Shown piece by piece: positions 1 through 11,773 of a stretch of DNA of 40,702 nucleotides; position 1 is the first letter of the stretch; each line of letters begins with the position of its first letter. The stretch is taken from positions 8,225,278 to 8,265,979 of the forward strand of contig NC_068984.1 in the NCBI RefSeq assembly GCF_001194135.2. Reading direction: 5' to 3'. The position numbers were made by a program, and so were the translations under genes. This stretch comes from Octopus bimaculoides (lineage: Eukaryota). The notes beneath the pieces were generated by a model, which saw only the letters and a list, made by a program, of their open reading frames with translations, searched no databases and had not been told where the DNA came from.

Positions 1-92
1 CAGAAGGAAAGAAGGTAGAATCCAAAAGTTGGTAGTGTGTGATGAGAGGAGACAGGATTAGCTGGTGCGACCACGTGAGCGTGTATTATATG

Positions 93-278
93 TGGGAGAA
101 TATACAAATAATAACAACAGACGAGGACAGGTGGTGTAAATAACAAAAGGATATATTAGTATGACGCTCTGGAATACGGAAAGTCTTTGACGTTTCGAGC
201 TACGTTCTTCAACAGAAAGAATACGGAGACAAGGAGAAAAACACGGAGAAAAAAAATTGAATAGTGTTCAGTCAACGG
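93..278 (-). repeat. Direct repeat copy 1 (~187 bp), Penelope-like terminal repeat / retrozyme-like unit
   Basis: Near-identical to 614-801 (TGGGAGAATATACAAA...GTTCAGTCAACGG) and contains a hammerhead-like core on the minus strand. Confidence 0.85.
184..220 (-). ncRNA. Minimal type I hammerhead-ribozyme-like motif, copy 1 (A-C mismatch in stem II)
   Basis: Minus strand reads UCUUU-CUGUUGA-A-GAAC-GUA-GCUC-GAAA-C-GUC-AAAGA. Confidence 0.5.
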
Positions 279-583
279 TCAATCATAATAATGGCCGATC
301 ATAACAATGGCTGACCGGAAGTTAGAAATTCTTTTGTCAGGAGAGCTAATAGGTGCAGATTAGAGAAGACAGATTAGGAACATATATATATATATTTATA
401 TATATATATATATATACAGACACACATATACATATATATGGGTAACAATTATAGTTGTGCCTATATAGGGAACAGCATCAATAGTCAGAAAATTCAATAC
501 AGATATATGTAAACGAAAAGTGTATGTCCAACGTGTAATTAGATGAATATATATGTGTGTGTGCATGTGTCTATGTATGTATG

Positions 584-613
<30 letters not shown>

Positions 614-614
<1 letters not shown>

Positions 615-801
615 GGGAGAATATACAAAAAATAACAACAGACGAGGACAGGTGGTGTAAATAACAAAAGTATATATTAGTATGACGCTCGGGAATACGG
701 AAAGTCTTTGACGTTTCGAGCTACGCTCTTCAACAGAAAGAATACGGAGACAAGGAGAAAAACACGGAGAAAAAAAAAATTGAATAGTGTTCAGTCAACG
801 G
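614..801 (-). repeat. Direct repeat copy 2 (~188 bp)
   Basis: Matches 93-278 with a few substitutions and indels; offset is 521 bp. Confidence 0.85.
705..741 (-). ncRNA. Minimal type I hammerhead-ribozyme-like motif, copy 2
   Basis: Minus strand reads UCUUU-CUGUUGA-A-GAGC-GUA-GCUC-GAAA-C-GUC-AAAGA. Stem I is UCUUU/AAAGA, stem II is GAGC/GCUC, stem III is the palindrome ACGU, and the triplet is GUC. U replaces the conserved A6. Confidence 0.6.
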
Positions 802-828
802 ATATATATATATATGTATGTGTGTATG

Positions 829-867
<39 letters not shown>

Positions 868-880
868 ATGTATGTATGTA
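802..880. repeat. Compound (TA)n/(TG)n/(TATG)n microsatellite
   Basis: Read directly from the sequence. Confidence 0.95.
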
Positions 881-1563
881 CGCACGCACTCCGATGACGT
901 TGTGAGGTGCTATTCAGGCACTCAACTATGAGTCGACTACATCTGACAGCAGAAACATATGATAAACATTTATTCGTTTGGCATTTCTCTTTCTTGTTAT
1001 TGCACTATACTCAGCTAACTCTTGCATTCTGAAACCTACGTATATTGAGCATTACACCGCGATATTTGTCTATTGGTCTCGCGGTACCTAAGAGAATATA
1101 TTTGTGTGTGTGTGTGTGTGTGTGTGTAAATTATAATTTCTTTTGTCGACTTATCGCAATAGGGAGTAAAATCAAATTGTTTCATGTTAAGTACACATTC
1201 TTATAGGTTTCTTGTAAGATGTCTATTCATATTTTATTAATTCCAAAATATCCAGCAAATCGATACACTGCCATTAATTTGCTGTTCAAATACAAATGCG
1301 GTTCCGATATTAAATGTTTATTTCTTCCATTGGTTTAAAGCAAAATTGCGAGGTGACAACATATGGAATTGATTAAATATTACTCGGTGTTTTCAGAGTT
1401 CTTACGTACTCCCAACAGAAGAACAGCTTTAACAATTCTGTACTGGTTCTGAACTCTGGTTTAAAGTGATCAGATTAATATTGTAAAGTGTTTTACGCGC
1501 ACACACACACATGTATGTTTTCTAAGAAGAACCAAAGAAACTGACGCGCATCTTCCAAATATA

Positions 1564-1690
1564 CAGGGTGACCACAAAGTCTGGGTACATGGAGTAAATA
1601 AAATCATAACATAAACAATTAAATATAAGAAATAATAATTTCTTAAAGTATGTATTAATCCCCATGTACCCAGACTTTGTGGACACCCAG
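1564..1690. mobile_element. Tc1/mariner-type MITE (127 bp)
   Basis: 29-bp TIRs CAGGGTGACCACAAAGTCTGGGTACATGG and CCATGTACCCAGACTTTGTGGACACCCAG (2 mismatches), flanked by TA at 1562-63 and 1691-92. Confidence 0.8.
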
Positions 1691-2189
1691 TAATATATTA
1701 GTGGTGCCGTGGAATCGTGTAAGACTTTCCGTAGCTTGTCCATCTTAGATTCGTTAAATGAATATATAGACACGCTTATGTGTGCGAGTACAAAAACACG
1801 CATATAGAGTGTAATGATGCATACAAATGTATGCCAATGTGTGACACACCTAAATACTAAACTGACAACTTCACAAAGACAATAATTACAGGTACAATTA
1901 CATCCAAACATAGAAGCAGTAACTTATGCCACAGATTTACAAACCCCGAAATCTGTCTTAACTCAAATCGTTTTGATAGTTTATCAGACACTGGTTTGAA
2001 CTTCATTAAGAATTTAATGAATACGAGTCCTGGATTAGAAAATTAAATTTCTAGGTCAGAACATTTATGACGATTGACTGTGACGTATATTTTACAACAG
2101 TCAAGTATTTTGCGTAGTAAAATGGGATATGTGCAATACTATACGGTAATCCTTTGCCATATCGCGGTTAACCTATCGCGGATTAGTCT

Positions 2190-2400
2190 GCGAGCGTACA
2201 GAACCGTTAGCAAGCCGGGAAAAGTGTTTCGCAGCATTTCGTCTGTCTTTACGTTCTGAGTTCAAATGCTACCTAGGTCGACTTTGCCTTCCATCCTTTC
2301 GGGGTGGGTAACACAAGTACTAGTAGTGCATTGGTGTTTATGTAATCGATTCATCCCATGCCCCCTTAATTGCTGGTCTTGTGCCAAAATTTGAAACTGA
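2190..2400 (+). mobile_element. tRNA-derived SINE, family B
   Basis: Contains the core TTCTGAGTTCAAA...GGTCGACTTTGCCTTCCATCCTTTCGGGG and the tail TAATCGA...TTGCTGGTCTTGTGCCAAAATTTGAAA shared with other copies in this window. Confidence 0.8.
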
Positions 2401-4149
2401 TATTTTTCAGCTGCAACTTTTATGTAAAACTTAGTTTTTGAGCGTATAATTGAATTCGCTCTTTTTATGCTCATATATTCCACATGGAAATATAAGCACC
2501 ATAATAATAATTAATATTCCACTCACGACGAATTTGTGTGTATATACGATTCTTAGCTTCCGTCTTCTATACGCCCATATTCAGGTATATGTGTTTTAAG
2601 CACTTTACTGTATTTCACAGGTAAATATGTTCTCTCGTTTTCATACACGAAATCTATAAAGATATGAATGATATATATCTTTTATCCTACATGGCAGAAA
2701 TAACCAACACTCCTTGTTTTCCATATGATTCTTGTTTACACACAGGTAGACTTAAATATCAAGGAGAAAATTTTGACCAATAAAAACACAAAGCAGAAAA
2801 TAAGTTTCACTATAAATATTTATGTATCGATAAATAGCAACCCATCTGAATTTCATGAAATTTCTTTGCAAAACACTCCAAGCTCTCGTCTACAAGGGTG
2901 TTGTTTCCTCGCTAAATCTCTTCCACTGCTGTTAGTCACTGTCAATGTTTAGGTTGATGAAACATGTTTGCCCCAATGTTAAATAAAGAAATCCATGTAA
3001 ATTATCTGATCCTATCAACTGTTATCGATAGGGAAACGTTCAGCGTCTGACGGGTCTCATTCTAATTACATCAAACTATTTTGTTTAGCTCCTATGTTAC
3101 ACAATGTCATTACTTTTCTCATGTTTCTCTCTTATGTTTCCGAACGGAAGATATGGCTTCTATCGAGTCTTATGTTCGCTAACATACCATGCAGGTGTAA
3201 AGAAAACATTATAACTTTGCTCGAATGCAGCCCTGTTTTTATGGATGTATTCATTTGAGAATGGAACTAGTCTCATTTCAATTCTACTTCGGCCATTTTT
3301 CTTGATCCGTTTTTCCTTCTTTCACCACCCATATTATACCAATGCTCCAGACTCTACATTATTCGTTTCGTCTGTCCTCCATCTCGCAATCCCACCATTC
3401 CATGCTTATCTGTAGCTATCTGTATCTGCCTTCACATGCAAAGAATATCAACGCAGATCATTCTATCAAATGAAAGCATTAACAAATAATGTTCTGTAAT
3501 CCCTAAATACCGAGCACTTAAGGTTAGTTGAAAACAAACAAAAGCCGCATGTATTTATTGGAATCTCAGCAAACTAACTTATAATTGTGTTTTAACTGTG
3601 TATTCATAGAGAGCTGGAAAAGAATATTATAACAATTTAGTCAACTGCATGTCTATATTATTACTGCACACACATATTTGTTTGGTTTGCATCCAAAGAG
3701 AAAGTTTGAAAGGCTAAGCAAAGGCATCCTCGTTATTATAATCAGTGAAATGATGTAGATTTACTTTGGTTACAAAATACATTTTAAGTAAAACTTTTAT
3801 TAACCCGCAAATATTTATATTTCCGTATTTCCTCCATGTAAACTCAATTTGCACAAATTTGATCATTTACTTCATAATTATTATTATAACAGTTAAAACT
3901 TAATTTATTACCTCTTCATATTTCGTAAACATTAAAAGACAACTGTGAAGCATTCATGTTTTACAAGGATCTAAAGATTTCTGGAATAATTTATGAGAAT
4001 ATACGGTCCAGCTACTTAATGCAAACAAGATATAGCAAGGGATTAAACGTATAAAAATCTTTGCAAATCTGCTAATATTTATTTTATTGGACACAATATT
4101 AAATCGAAATTTTCAAACATGTCTATGATTGGCAATACTACACATTATC

Positions 4150-4400
4150 AGACTGGATTGTGAAACGCCGTTTTGAAAGACTAATTCAAGTTTCCTTCTG
4201 CTGATGTGATACAGGCAGGATTACATCTCAGGCAGTATTCTATAGGCGTGAAGCTGTAGAAGAATAATCAAATCTTATTGCTAAAATGGTGTGGAAGAAT
4301 CCTTTATTAACTACATCAAGGCATTCATTTTCTATCATCAAATAGGGTTCTTGCATTGAAATCCTATCGATAACACCCACCAACTAATCAATCAGACGAA
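4150..4400 (-). pseudogene. Possible very old LINE (RTE-like) RT fragment
   Basis: Minus-strand peptides PYLMIENECLDVVN and CITSAEGNLN*SF resemble RTE post-YADD segments; the match is weak. Confidence 0.25.
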
Positions 4401-4466
4401 AGCGAATTTATGTTTTCTTGTCATCATGTTAACCGTTGGCTAAGATAAGCTCTTGTAAGAAAGAAC

Positions 4467-4480
4467 GTTACCATAGCAAC
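4467..4480. promoter_or_regulatory. RFX X-box-like motif
   Basis: GTTACCATAGCAAC fits GTNRCC-N2-RGYAAC; sequence match only. Confidence 0.3.
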
Positions 4481-5891
4481 GATGAATAAGAAGTTTGTGT
4501 AATCTCTTCCATTTTCTTTGATCCGACTTTATTGTAAAGCGATTATTTCTCTGTACAGAAATTACGCAAAGCAACCCATCTAAATAATCGAATTTGTACA
4601 TGAATATTGTGATCATATCGTACTGTAACCTACTTTATATACACTGAGCAGAATTATCTTTACTATCAAGTGCAACACAGATTTATTTCAGTCCAACTGA
4701 AATAAGTAATTATTTCTTAAACATTAAGCGAGTTATCCCTGCATGAAAAACAGAGGTACTCCAGTACAGTTTTTAAATATAATGTCACCAGAACTTTGCT
4801 ATACCGTACTACTTATTACTGGCAGATATATCAATAAAAATAGGAATCCTGAAATGAAAGCATCCATAAAAAAGACTACTGCTCTTCGTGGAAGATAATA
4901 ATGGTTTCTTTAGGCTTGTATTATATTGTAAGGAACATTCAACTCGATGGCATTCACACCATTCGTATGAATATCTAAAGTGGAAATTGAGAGAAATAAT
5001 CACATTAATATAACATAGGAAATAAACGGAATATTTTCATGTGATTTTCAGCGTTTGGTTATCATATCTATAGCGTAGCAGAATGTTTTTTCATTATATT
5101 TTTATTTCTAAATCATTACGTCATAACATTATAGCTTGTATTCCTTATGCTTCGATGTATTTGCACTTTTTTGATAAGCGCAAGCATCAAATTGTTCTAT
5201 CAGAATAGATATTGGAGTGGAATATTGTCGCTTTCTAACAAGCATTCTTACTAACATTTTAAACAAATATATCCAAATTCTCTTATTCTCTCAGTTGTTA
5301 TCAGAAGTGGGAATAAGGGTATTTGGATATATTTATTTAAAATCACAGTAAGAAAGAATGCTTATTAAAAAGCGATTAGGTGCGACACCAATATCTAGTT
5401 TCATAGATAATTTTTTATGTTTGCCTTCATAAAAAATACTGCAAATACATCGAAACGTAATGAATACAAGTTACAACGTTACGATCTTCTGATCCAGGAA
5501 TAAACATATGGTGGATAAACATTCTGCTACGATATAAATATGATAATAAAATGCTAAAAATCTGATATGCTGCTAAGGCCTTATATAATGAGAAGTAAAC
5601 TTCGTAAAAAGAGGAGTCGATGAAGGTCTTGATATTGATAATTCTTATCTGTTTATTTTGTGCCAGTTTATATATTTTATTCACGACATATCACTTGGGT
5701 ATAAAATCCGTGGGAATTAATTCTTTTTACATCAAATAATGCAATTCTCTTGGATTTTTTGTCAATCATAAATAAGTTCAAAGCACACTTTTATAACATT
5801 TGTTATAAACGAACGAAAATATAAAAGACCTTAACCAGAGAAATACCTTTTCTTCTGTAATTTTCCAAACTTCTCTTTCAGTTTAATTCAC

Positions 5892-5904
5892 AATAATAAT
5901 AATG

Positions 5905-5972
<68 letters not shown>
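5892..5972. repeat. (AAT)n microsatellite
   Basis: Read directly from the sequence. Confidence 0.97.
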
Positions 5973-5973
<1 letters not shown>

Positions 5974-6182
5974 GGTGCCCTGGGAATGACAGCGAAACGG
6001 GCTGATTACTACCTACCTCAGATACCAGGAAACCCCAAAATGGCTGAAGTTCAAAAGATAGTGCCTATGGGAACTGCCCATATCCTACGTAAAATACTGT
6101 CTATGTGATCTCAAATTTTAAAACAAACAATTTTCTTATGGTTTCTTAAACATTCTCTAGTACAAATCCAAATGTACAAATC
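5971..6182 (+). mobile_element. R4/Dong-clade non-LTR retrotransposon, 5'-truncated 3' end (RLE C-terminus plus start of 3' UTR)
   Basis: MGALGMTAKRADYYLPQIPGNPKMAEVQKIVPMGTAHILRKILSM* matches the GALG...QK...GTAHILRK.L end of restriction-like-endonuclease ORFs and directly follows a TAA tract. Confidence 0.75.
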
Positions 6183-6771
6183 NNNNNNNNNNNNNNNNNN
6201 NNNNNNNNNNNNNNNNNNNNNNNNNNNNNNNNNNNNNNNNNNNNNNNNNNNNNNNNNNNNNNNNNNNNNNNNNNNNNNNNNNNNNNNNNNNNNNNNNNNN
6301 NNNNNNNNNNNNNNNNNNNNNNNNNNNNNNNNNNNNNNNNNNNNNNNNNNNNNNNNNNNNNNNNNNNNNNNNNNNNNNNNNNNNNNNNNNNNNNNNNNNN
6401 NNNNNNNNNNNNNNNNNNNNNNNNNNNNNNNNNNNNNNNNNNNNNNNNNNNNNNNNNNNNNNNNNNNNNNNNNNNNNNNNNNNNNNNNNNNNNNNNNNNN
6501 NNNNNNNNNNNNNNNNNNNNNNNNNNNNNNNNNNNNNNNNNNNNNNNNNNNNNNNNNNNNNNNNNNNNNNNNNNNNNNNNNNNNNNNNNNNNNNNNNNNN
6601 NNNNNNNNNNNNNNNNNNNNNNNNNNNNNNNNNNNNNNNNNNNNNNNNNNNNNNNNNNNNNNNNNNNNNNNNNNNNNNNNNNNNNNNNNNNNNNNNNNNN
6701 NNNNNNNNNNNNNNNNNNNNNNNNNNNNNNNNNNNNNNNNNNNNNNNNNNNNNNNNNNNNNNNNNNNNNNN
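6183..6771. other. Assembly gap
   Basis: N run. Confidence 1.
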
Positions 6772-6802
<31 letters not shown>

Positions 6803-6807
6803 CTCTC

Positions 6808-6889
<82 letters not shown>

Positions 6890-6994
6890 GTGTTTTTGTA
6901 TGAAAATGTATGTATGTGTCTATATACACTATATACACTCAAACACATGTGCATTTGCAAATGGCGTGTGTGTGAGTGTGTATCATTGTGTTTA

Positions 6995-7195
6995 TGCGGC
7001 TTTATGTTCCTATCGCTTCACGCGTCTTAGTACCAGCTGATGGTTTGTTTACACTCCTGAGCCATATTCTTGTTTTTAGATTAATGGTCAAAAAGTACGT
7101 AAGTCCCGTGACTGATACAACAGGCTAAATGCTTAAAAGCTGTACTTCAGCTTGGCCTTGGCCCAATGACGGAAACAAACAACGAACACATCTTC
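6995..7195 (+). mobile_element. Degenerate SINE family A, 3' half
   Basis: TGATGGTTTGTTTACACTCC...TAAGTCCCGTG...CAATGACGGAAACAA resembles the 3' half of the 34245 copy. Confidence 0.5.
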
Positions 7196-8185
7196 AAACA
7201 TATCCAGGATGCCGCAAAATGATGGGACACATTCTATTTATAATTTATAAGACGGTGGGTAGTCTCCCGTACTTGTTCCTGTCCTAGATATTTAGGTTTT
7301 GAAACGTTCCTGAAGATTGTCAGACATCCTGTATTTACAGTAAGCGAAATAAAGTATTTGAATTAACGACATAAATTTCTTTCTCTAACGTTTGCACTTC
7401 TACTCCGAATGTAATAGACGATAGTAATCGATCTTCCTTATCAGAAATAACGACCGGAGCATTGGTGATGTAATTATTTTTAGTGCAAAATGGAAAATAA
7501 AATTGCTTTGCCTGTAAATTTTGTTCTCGTGCCACAGAATAGAGACGCTATTGATCACAGGTATAAATATAATGTCCGACTAAATACATAATAAAGATAA
7601 ACACTGCGGAGCTATTAATGCATATTTTCAATATATATTGCACTGCATACGACCTGAATGTGTACTCAGATTAATTTGGTAAAACTATTGCTATGGAAAT
7701 CAATACTTGAATATATTGTGTCTCATGTGAGTAACTACCAGTCATTGACTTAACAAAGAAAGACCCAAATAAATGTGATTAATCGATTTCGATATCCACT
7801 TATTTGATGCAAATTAATTCACATTAGCATAATACTTGAATAAGGCATTTTTACACCGTCGTTCTTTCATTTAATAAGAATTCCTATAAAACATCTGAAT
7901 CTATCGATATATTTTCGACAAGTGACGTAACATTTAAAAGTATTCTATATCAATCTGTGGCATGATCCGTTGCAATCCATGAAGGCAATGCTTCAGAAAT
8001 TATTTATATGATAGGAAATTTGTATATTATGAGAAGTCGATATATTATACAAAATTCTATCAAGGCTTTCTCTACACCAAGAAAAACATAATCCATACTT
8101 TAAAATCCTGGGAAGATACATGTGTATAAATCTGTATAAGCATATGTACACTCGTGCATAAAATATTGTTTTGTTTTCCTTTTAG

Positions 8186-8244
8186 AGTCGTGTGAAAATA
8201 TTTATTGCTGTTGTTGGTAGTGTTTCTGCTTTCCCGTTATATGT
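8186..8244 (+). other. Candidate 59-bp exon of an unidentified gene
   Basis: Acceptor TTGTTTTGTTTTCCTTTTAG and donor GTAAGT at 8245. Only frame 0 is open, reading SRVKIFIAVVGSVSAFPLY. Confidence 0.3.
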
Positions 8245-9044
8245 GTAAGTGAAAAATATATCAGCAGGAAAATTTCTGAATAATAAAAAGAATTATTGGT
8301 TTGCGGATCCTGAATTATATATAGATGTGTATTCATAACTGTAATTTTGAATTAGGCAATTATCGAATATCTTTGCAGTATCTTATTAAGATAAAAAGTG
8401 CGAGAGTCCGATTTCTGCAAATACAATGCTTAGCAGTTATGATATGTTATATATGAATATTGATTTCTGGTCTTGGAAGAACATTACAAATATGGAGGAA
8501 GGGTATGGTGCATTATAGCCATCTGTAAAAGCCTGGTACTTTATTTTACCAACCTAGAAATGTTGAAATTGAAAACTGAAGTAGGCATGATATCAAAATA
8601 TTATAGGCTGATAATGTATTTTAATTTTAAAAAAAGAGCAACTAGACGTTCATTATTCTTTGCTCTAGACACTATAAGAAATTACTCCTCTCTCAATATA
8701 AGACATTGTTGAATCCTTATTATGTTGCCTTAATTGAAAGATAATAAATTCTTTCAAACTTATGTTTATATAGTAGATAAAAAAACAACACAATACGTGA
8801 TGATCACACTTAAGTGAGTAGGAACTAGTAGCATGTGCGATGCTTTCGATAATGAATTTAGGTACTTATGAAGATACGAAAAGGCATATAAAATCCATTG
8901 GGCTTCCAACTACCCTCTTTGACTGAAAATCTAGGAATTAATAATTGGAGCACTATCAACTATCCGCTCAGTAAACTGCGGCAAACTAAAATGAATGCAT
9001 TTCTCATGGAAACATCGGACCATCTACAACATATTACTGATTTA

Positions 9045-9235
9045 AAATTTTGACACAATGCCAGTAATTTTCTGGAAGTAGATAAGTCGATTACATGGAC
9101 CCTAGTATTCAGAAGGTACTTATGTTATTGATCTCGAAGAGATGAAAGGGAAAGTTGACACAAAACGTAAAGCCGGAAGAAATGCCACTAAGCATTTTTT
9201 TCCGGTGTGGCATCGTTTTTGTTAGCTCGCCATCT
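9045..9235 (-). mobile_element. SINE family B
   Basis: Reverse complement reads GGCGAGCTAAC...ATGCTTAGTGGCATTTC...ATAAGTACC...GGTCCATGTAATCGACTT...ACTGGCATTGTGTCAAAATTT. Confidence 0.75.
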
Positions 9236-9774
9236 CCCCTTCCCAACTATTGCAACCGCTTTAAATATAGTTGGGTCCTATCATACATCAATTTTCTCAG
9301 TAACAATCAAAACGGATTGTCATTAAACAGTCAAATAAAAGATATTCTGAAATAGGTTGTGGAGAAGCGACAAAAGGTAATAATGTTCCCGTAGCAATGG
9401 ATTTATATTTATTTTTTTACCCGTATTATCTAGCTTCACACTCGTGTAATGTAGTTTACATGTGTAAATGGAAAAGTATTCCGTTTCGATTAAATATTAA
9501 TCGCTTTAGAGCGGCTAACTGAAATTTTCAAATACACAGCGCAACGTCAGTCACGACCAGTTACAAGTCTTATGATTGACGCTGATTATTATGTTACAAA
9601 AGGCTCAAATGAATTAAAGTACGTACTCGGGTGTGTCGCGAGTCCCAGGACTGAAAAGGCTGGAGCTTAATCTGATTTTCATGAAGTATAAGTGACAGAG
9701 ATGACAAAACTCTCCCCGAAAGGAACACTGGTACGTTGCGGGATTAAGTTGCCGTCTGTTGCTGGATCGAAGTC

Positions 9775-9931
9775 ACGGCTGAATAGAGTACACATGAAAT
9801 GCTTTGATCAAGAACACACAATGTGAAATGTTTTGTTCCAGTACTCATCGCGCCACCCAGAGCGGGAATCGAAACAGCGATATTTTAATCATGAGTGTCA
9901 CACCTTTAAAGTGTAGGCTATCGCGCCTTCA
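9775..9931 (-). mobile_element. SINE family C, tRNA-like head
   Basis: Reverse complement begins GAAGGCGCGATAGCC...GTTTCGATTCCCG (B-box-like). Confidence 0.55.
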
Positions 9932-10316
9932 CTAAGAATGAAAGTAAGAAGAATTAATGTTTGCTGTCTTTCACAAATTAAGCTCGAATTTGGAAATTGA
10001 TTGTTTTATCGATTACTTGAGAATATTAGCTATATCAATTATTTAGGTTAGATTGCTTAGTTTCACGTTATCAAATTGTATGAAATTCAGTAATGAATTC
10101 TATGATTATCACATGATAGCGACAAAACAGCTCACTGCATGTGTGTTGCGTTTTGGTTATATGATACCAAAATAATAAAATGTGAATATAATATAGTAAT
10201 TTGTTCTGACGATTTGATTTTAGTTCAAGAAAAGAAAATCACAGGAAAGGATATTTATTTTTTCAGAGCCCAACTGAAAATGATATGATATGTCGTACAC
10301 GTCAATAATGAAAAGC

Positions 10317-10320
<4 letters not shown>

Positions 10321-10386
<66 letters not shown>
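10321..10386. repeat. (TAA)n microsatellite
   Basis: Read directly from the sequence. Confidence 0.97.
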
Positions 10387-10387
<1 letters not shown>

Positions 10388-10864
10388 GGAAGTTGAATAA
10401 ACGCTTGTGTAATTCTCAATAAATACTGCTTAAAAACATGGAATCGTGGAATAATTAATAAAGTATTTAAGAAACGCAGAAGCTATACGATTATATGTAG
10501 AGCTCAATGAAATATTTAAATAAACTCTTATTGTACTAGCTTCGAATATTCAGAGCAGGAAAGAAAACAAAATAATTTATATAATATTTTAAAACCTTTG
10601 ATTTCATTTTTAAGATAGAAAACTTTCTATGAAAACATAAAAATTTTCAGAAAGAAGGTAAACATTTACAATATATATAAGTATTTATATAAAAATATTA
10701 TATATAACAATATACAAAATTCTATATAATCAAAGGAGTAAATCCGTACATATTTTACGTTTTTGAATAAATAAAACAAAATCTCAATTTTCGATTTTAA
10801 TATATTTTTTTTTCTTTCACAGAAATACAATTGAATAAGAGCCAAGAAACATTGAAAAAATACA

Positions 10865-11135
10865 AACAACCACTATAACAACAGAATACAACAACAGCAT
10901 CACCACCACCACCAATGAAACCACCAACACCACCACCACCACCACAAACAACAACATCAACATCAACTACAATGACAGAAGTAATATTAACAACAAAAAT
11001 GACGATGAGGCGAAGCAACAGCAGCTATGATGAGGAGGAGACTTCGATCACAAACATCGAATACGTCGATGACATCCACAACAACATCAATAACAATATT
11101 TATAGTCGTAGCAGCAGCAGTATTATTATTATTAT

Positions 11136-11173
<38 letters not shown>

Positions 11174-11230
11174 CTAGTAGTAGTGGTGGTGGTGGTGGTG
11201 GTCGTCGTCGTCGTCGTCGTTGTCGTGGTG
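10865..11230. repeat. Mixed trinucleotide low-complexity tract (AAC/ACC/GAT/AGC/ATT/AGT/GGT/CGT)
   Basis: Read directly from the sequence. Confidence 0.9.
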
Positions 11231-11534
11231 GTTTCAAGTTCAGATCGCTAGTTTCGAAATATAATTTTTGACATTAAAACTGGGATTAATTTTTAATGAG
11301 ATTTGAACTAAATGTAACTTGATGTTCATTCAATTCTAAAGTAATTTTTAAAAAGAAATATATTACATTTTTGTTTTTTATATGTAACAAACTTTGATTT
11401 ACAACATCTCTCATTGTCACAATTTCATGTTATCATGGACACCGATAAACGTATTCGTTGCACTCTTATCCGCAGTCAACATTTGAGCAGCTACACGAAA
11501 CTTACCAACCGATAATTTTAATTTTCTTTTTTAT

Positions 11535-11773
11535 CTTTTATTGTTTACATGTTTCAGTTGTCAGACTGCGGCCATGCAGTGGCACCATCTTGAAGAATTT
11601 CTTAATCGAATAAATCGATCCCAGTACCAATTTCCTGTAAGTCTGTTATTTATTCTATCAGACTCTTTCGCCGGATCGCTAGTCTGCGGGCACGTAAACA
11701 CACCAGAATCGGTTGTCAAGCGGTGTTCGGATACAAACACAAGCACAAACACACACACACACACACACACACA
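11535..11773 (-). mobile_element. SINE family A, 3' half
   Basis: GACTGCGGCCATGC...CACGTAAACACACCAG-ATCGGTTGTCAAGCG is the reverse complement of the family A tail; it runs into (CA)n and the gap. Confidence 0.85.

Noticed and set aside
93-801. CRISPR or other prokaryotic array interpretation of the direct repeats
   Set aside because: Only two long units in a eukaryotic context, with no repeat-spacer periodicity and no cas genes anywhere in the window.
3280-3430. Minus-strand hint of a LINE C-terminus (G.SRK.W-like)
   Set aside because: Too degenerate to call without an HMM search.
7335-7535. 66-aa minus-strand ORF (NAPVVISDKED...)
   Set aside because: Weak acceptor, no good donor, and the cadherin-like look is superficial.
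10805-11271. Strong acceptor (TTTTTTTTTCTTTCACAG) followed by a Thr/Asn/Pro-rich ORF
   Set aside because: All three frames hit a stop within about 56 nt of the acceptor; the downstream ORF is low-complexity repeat.
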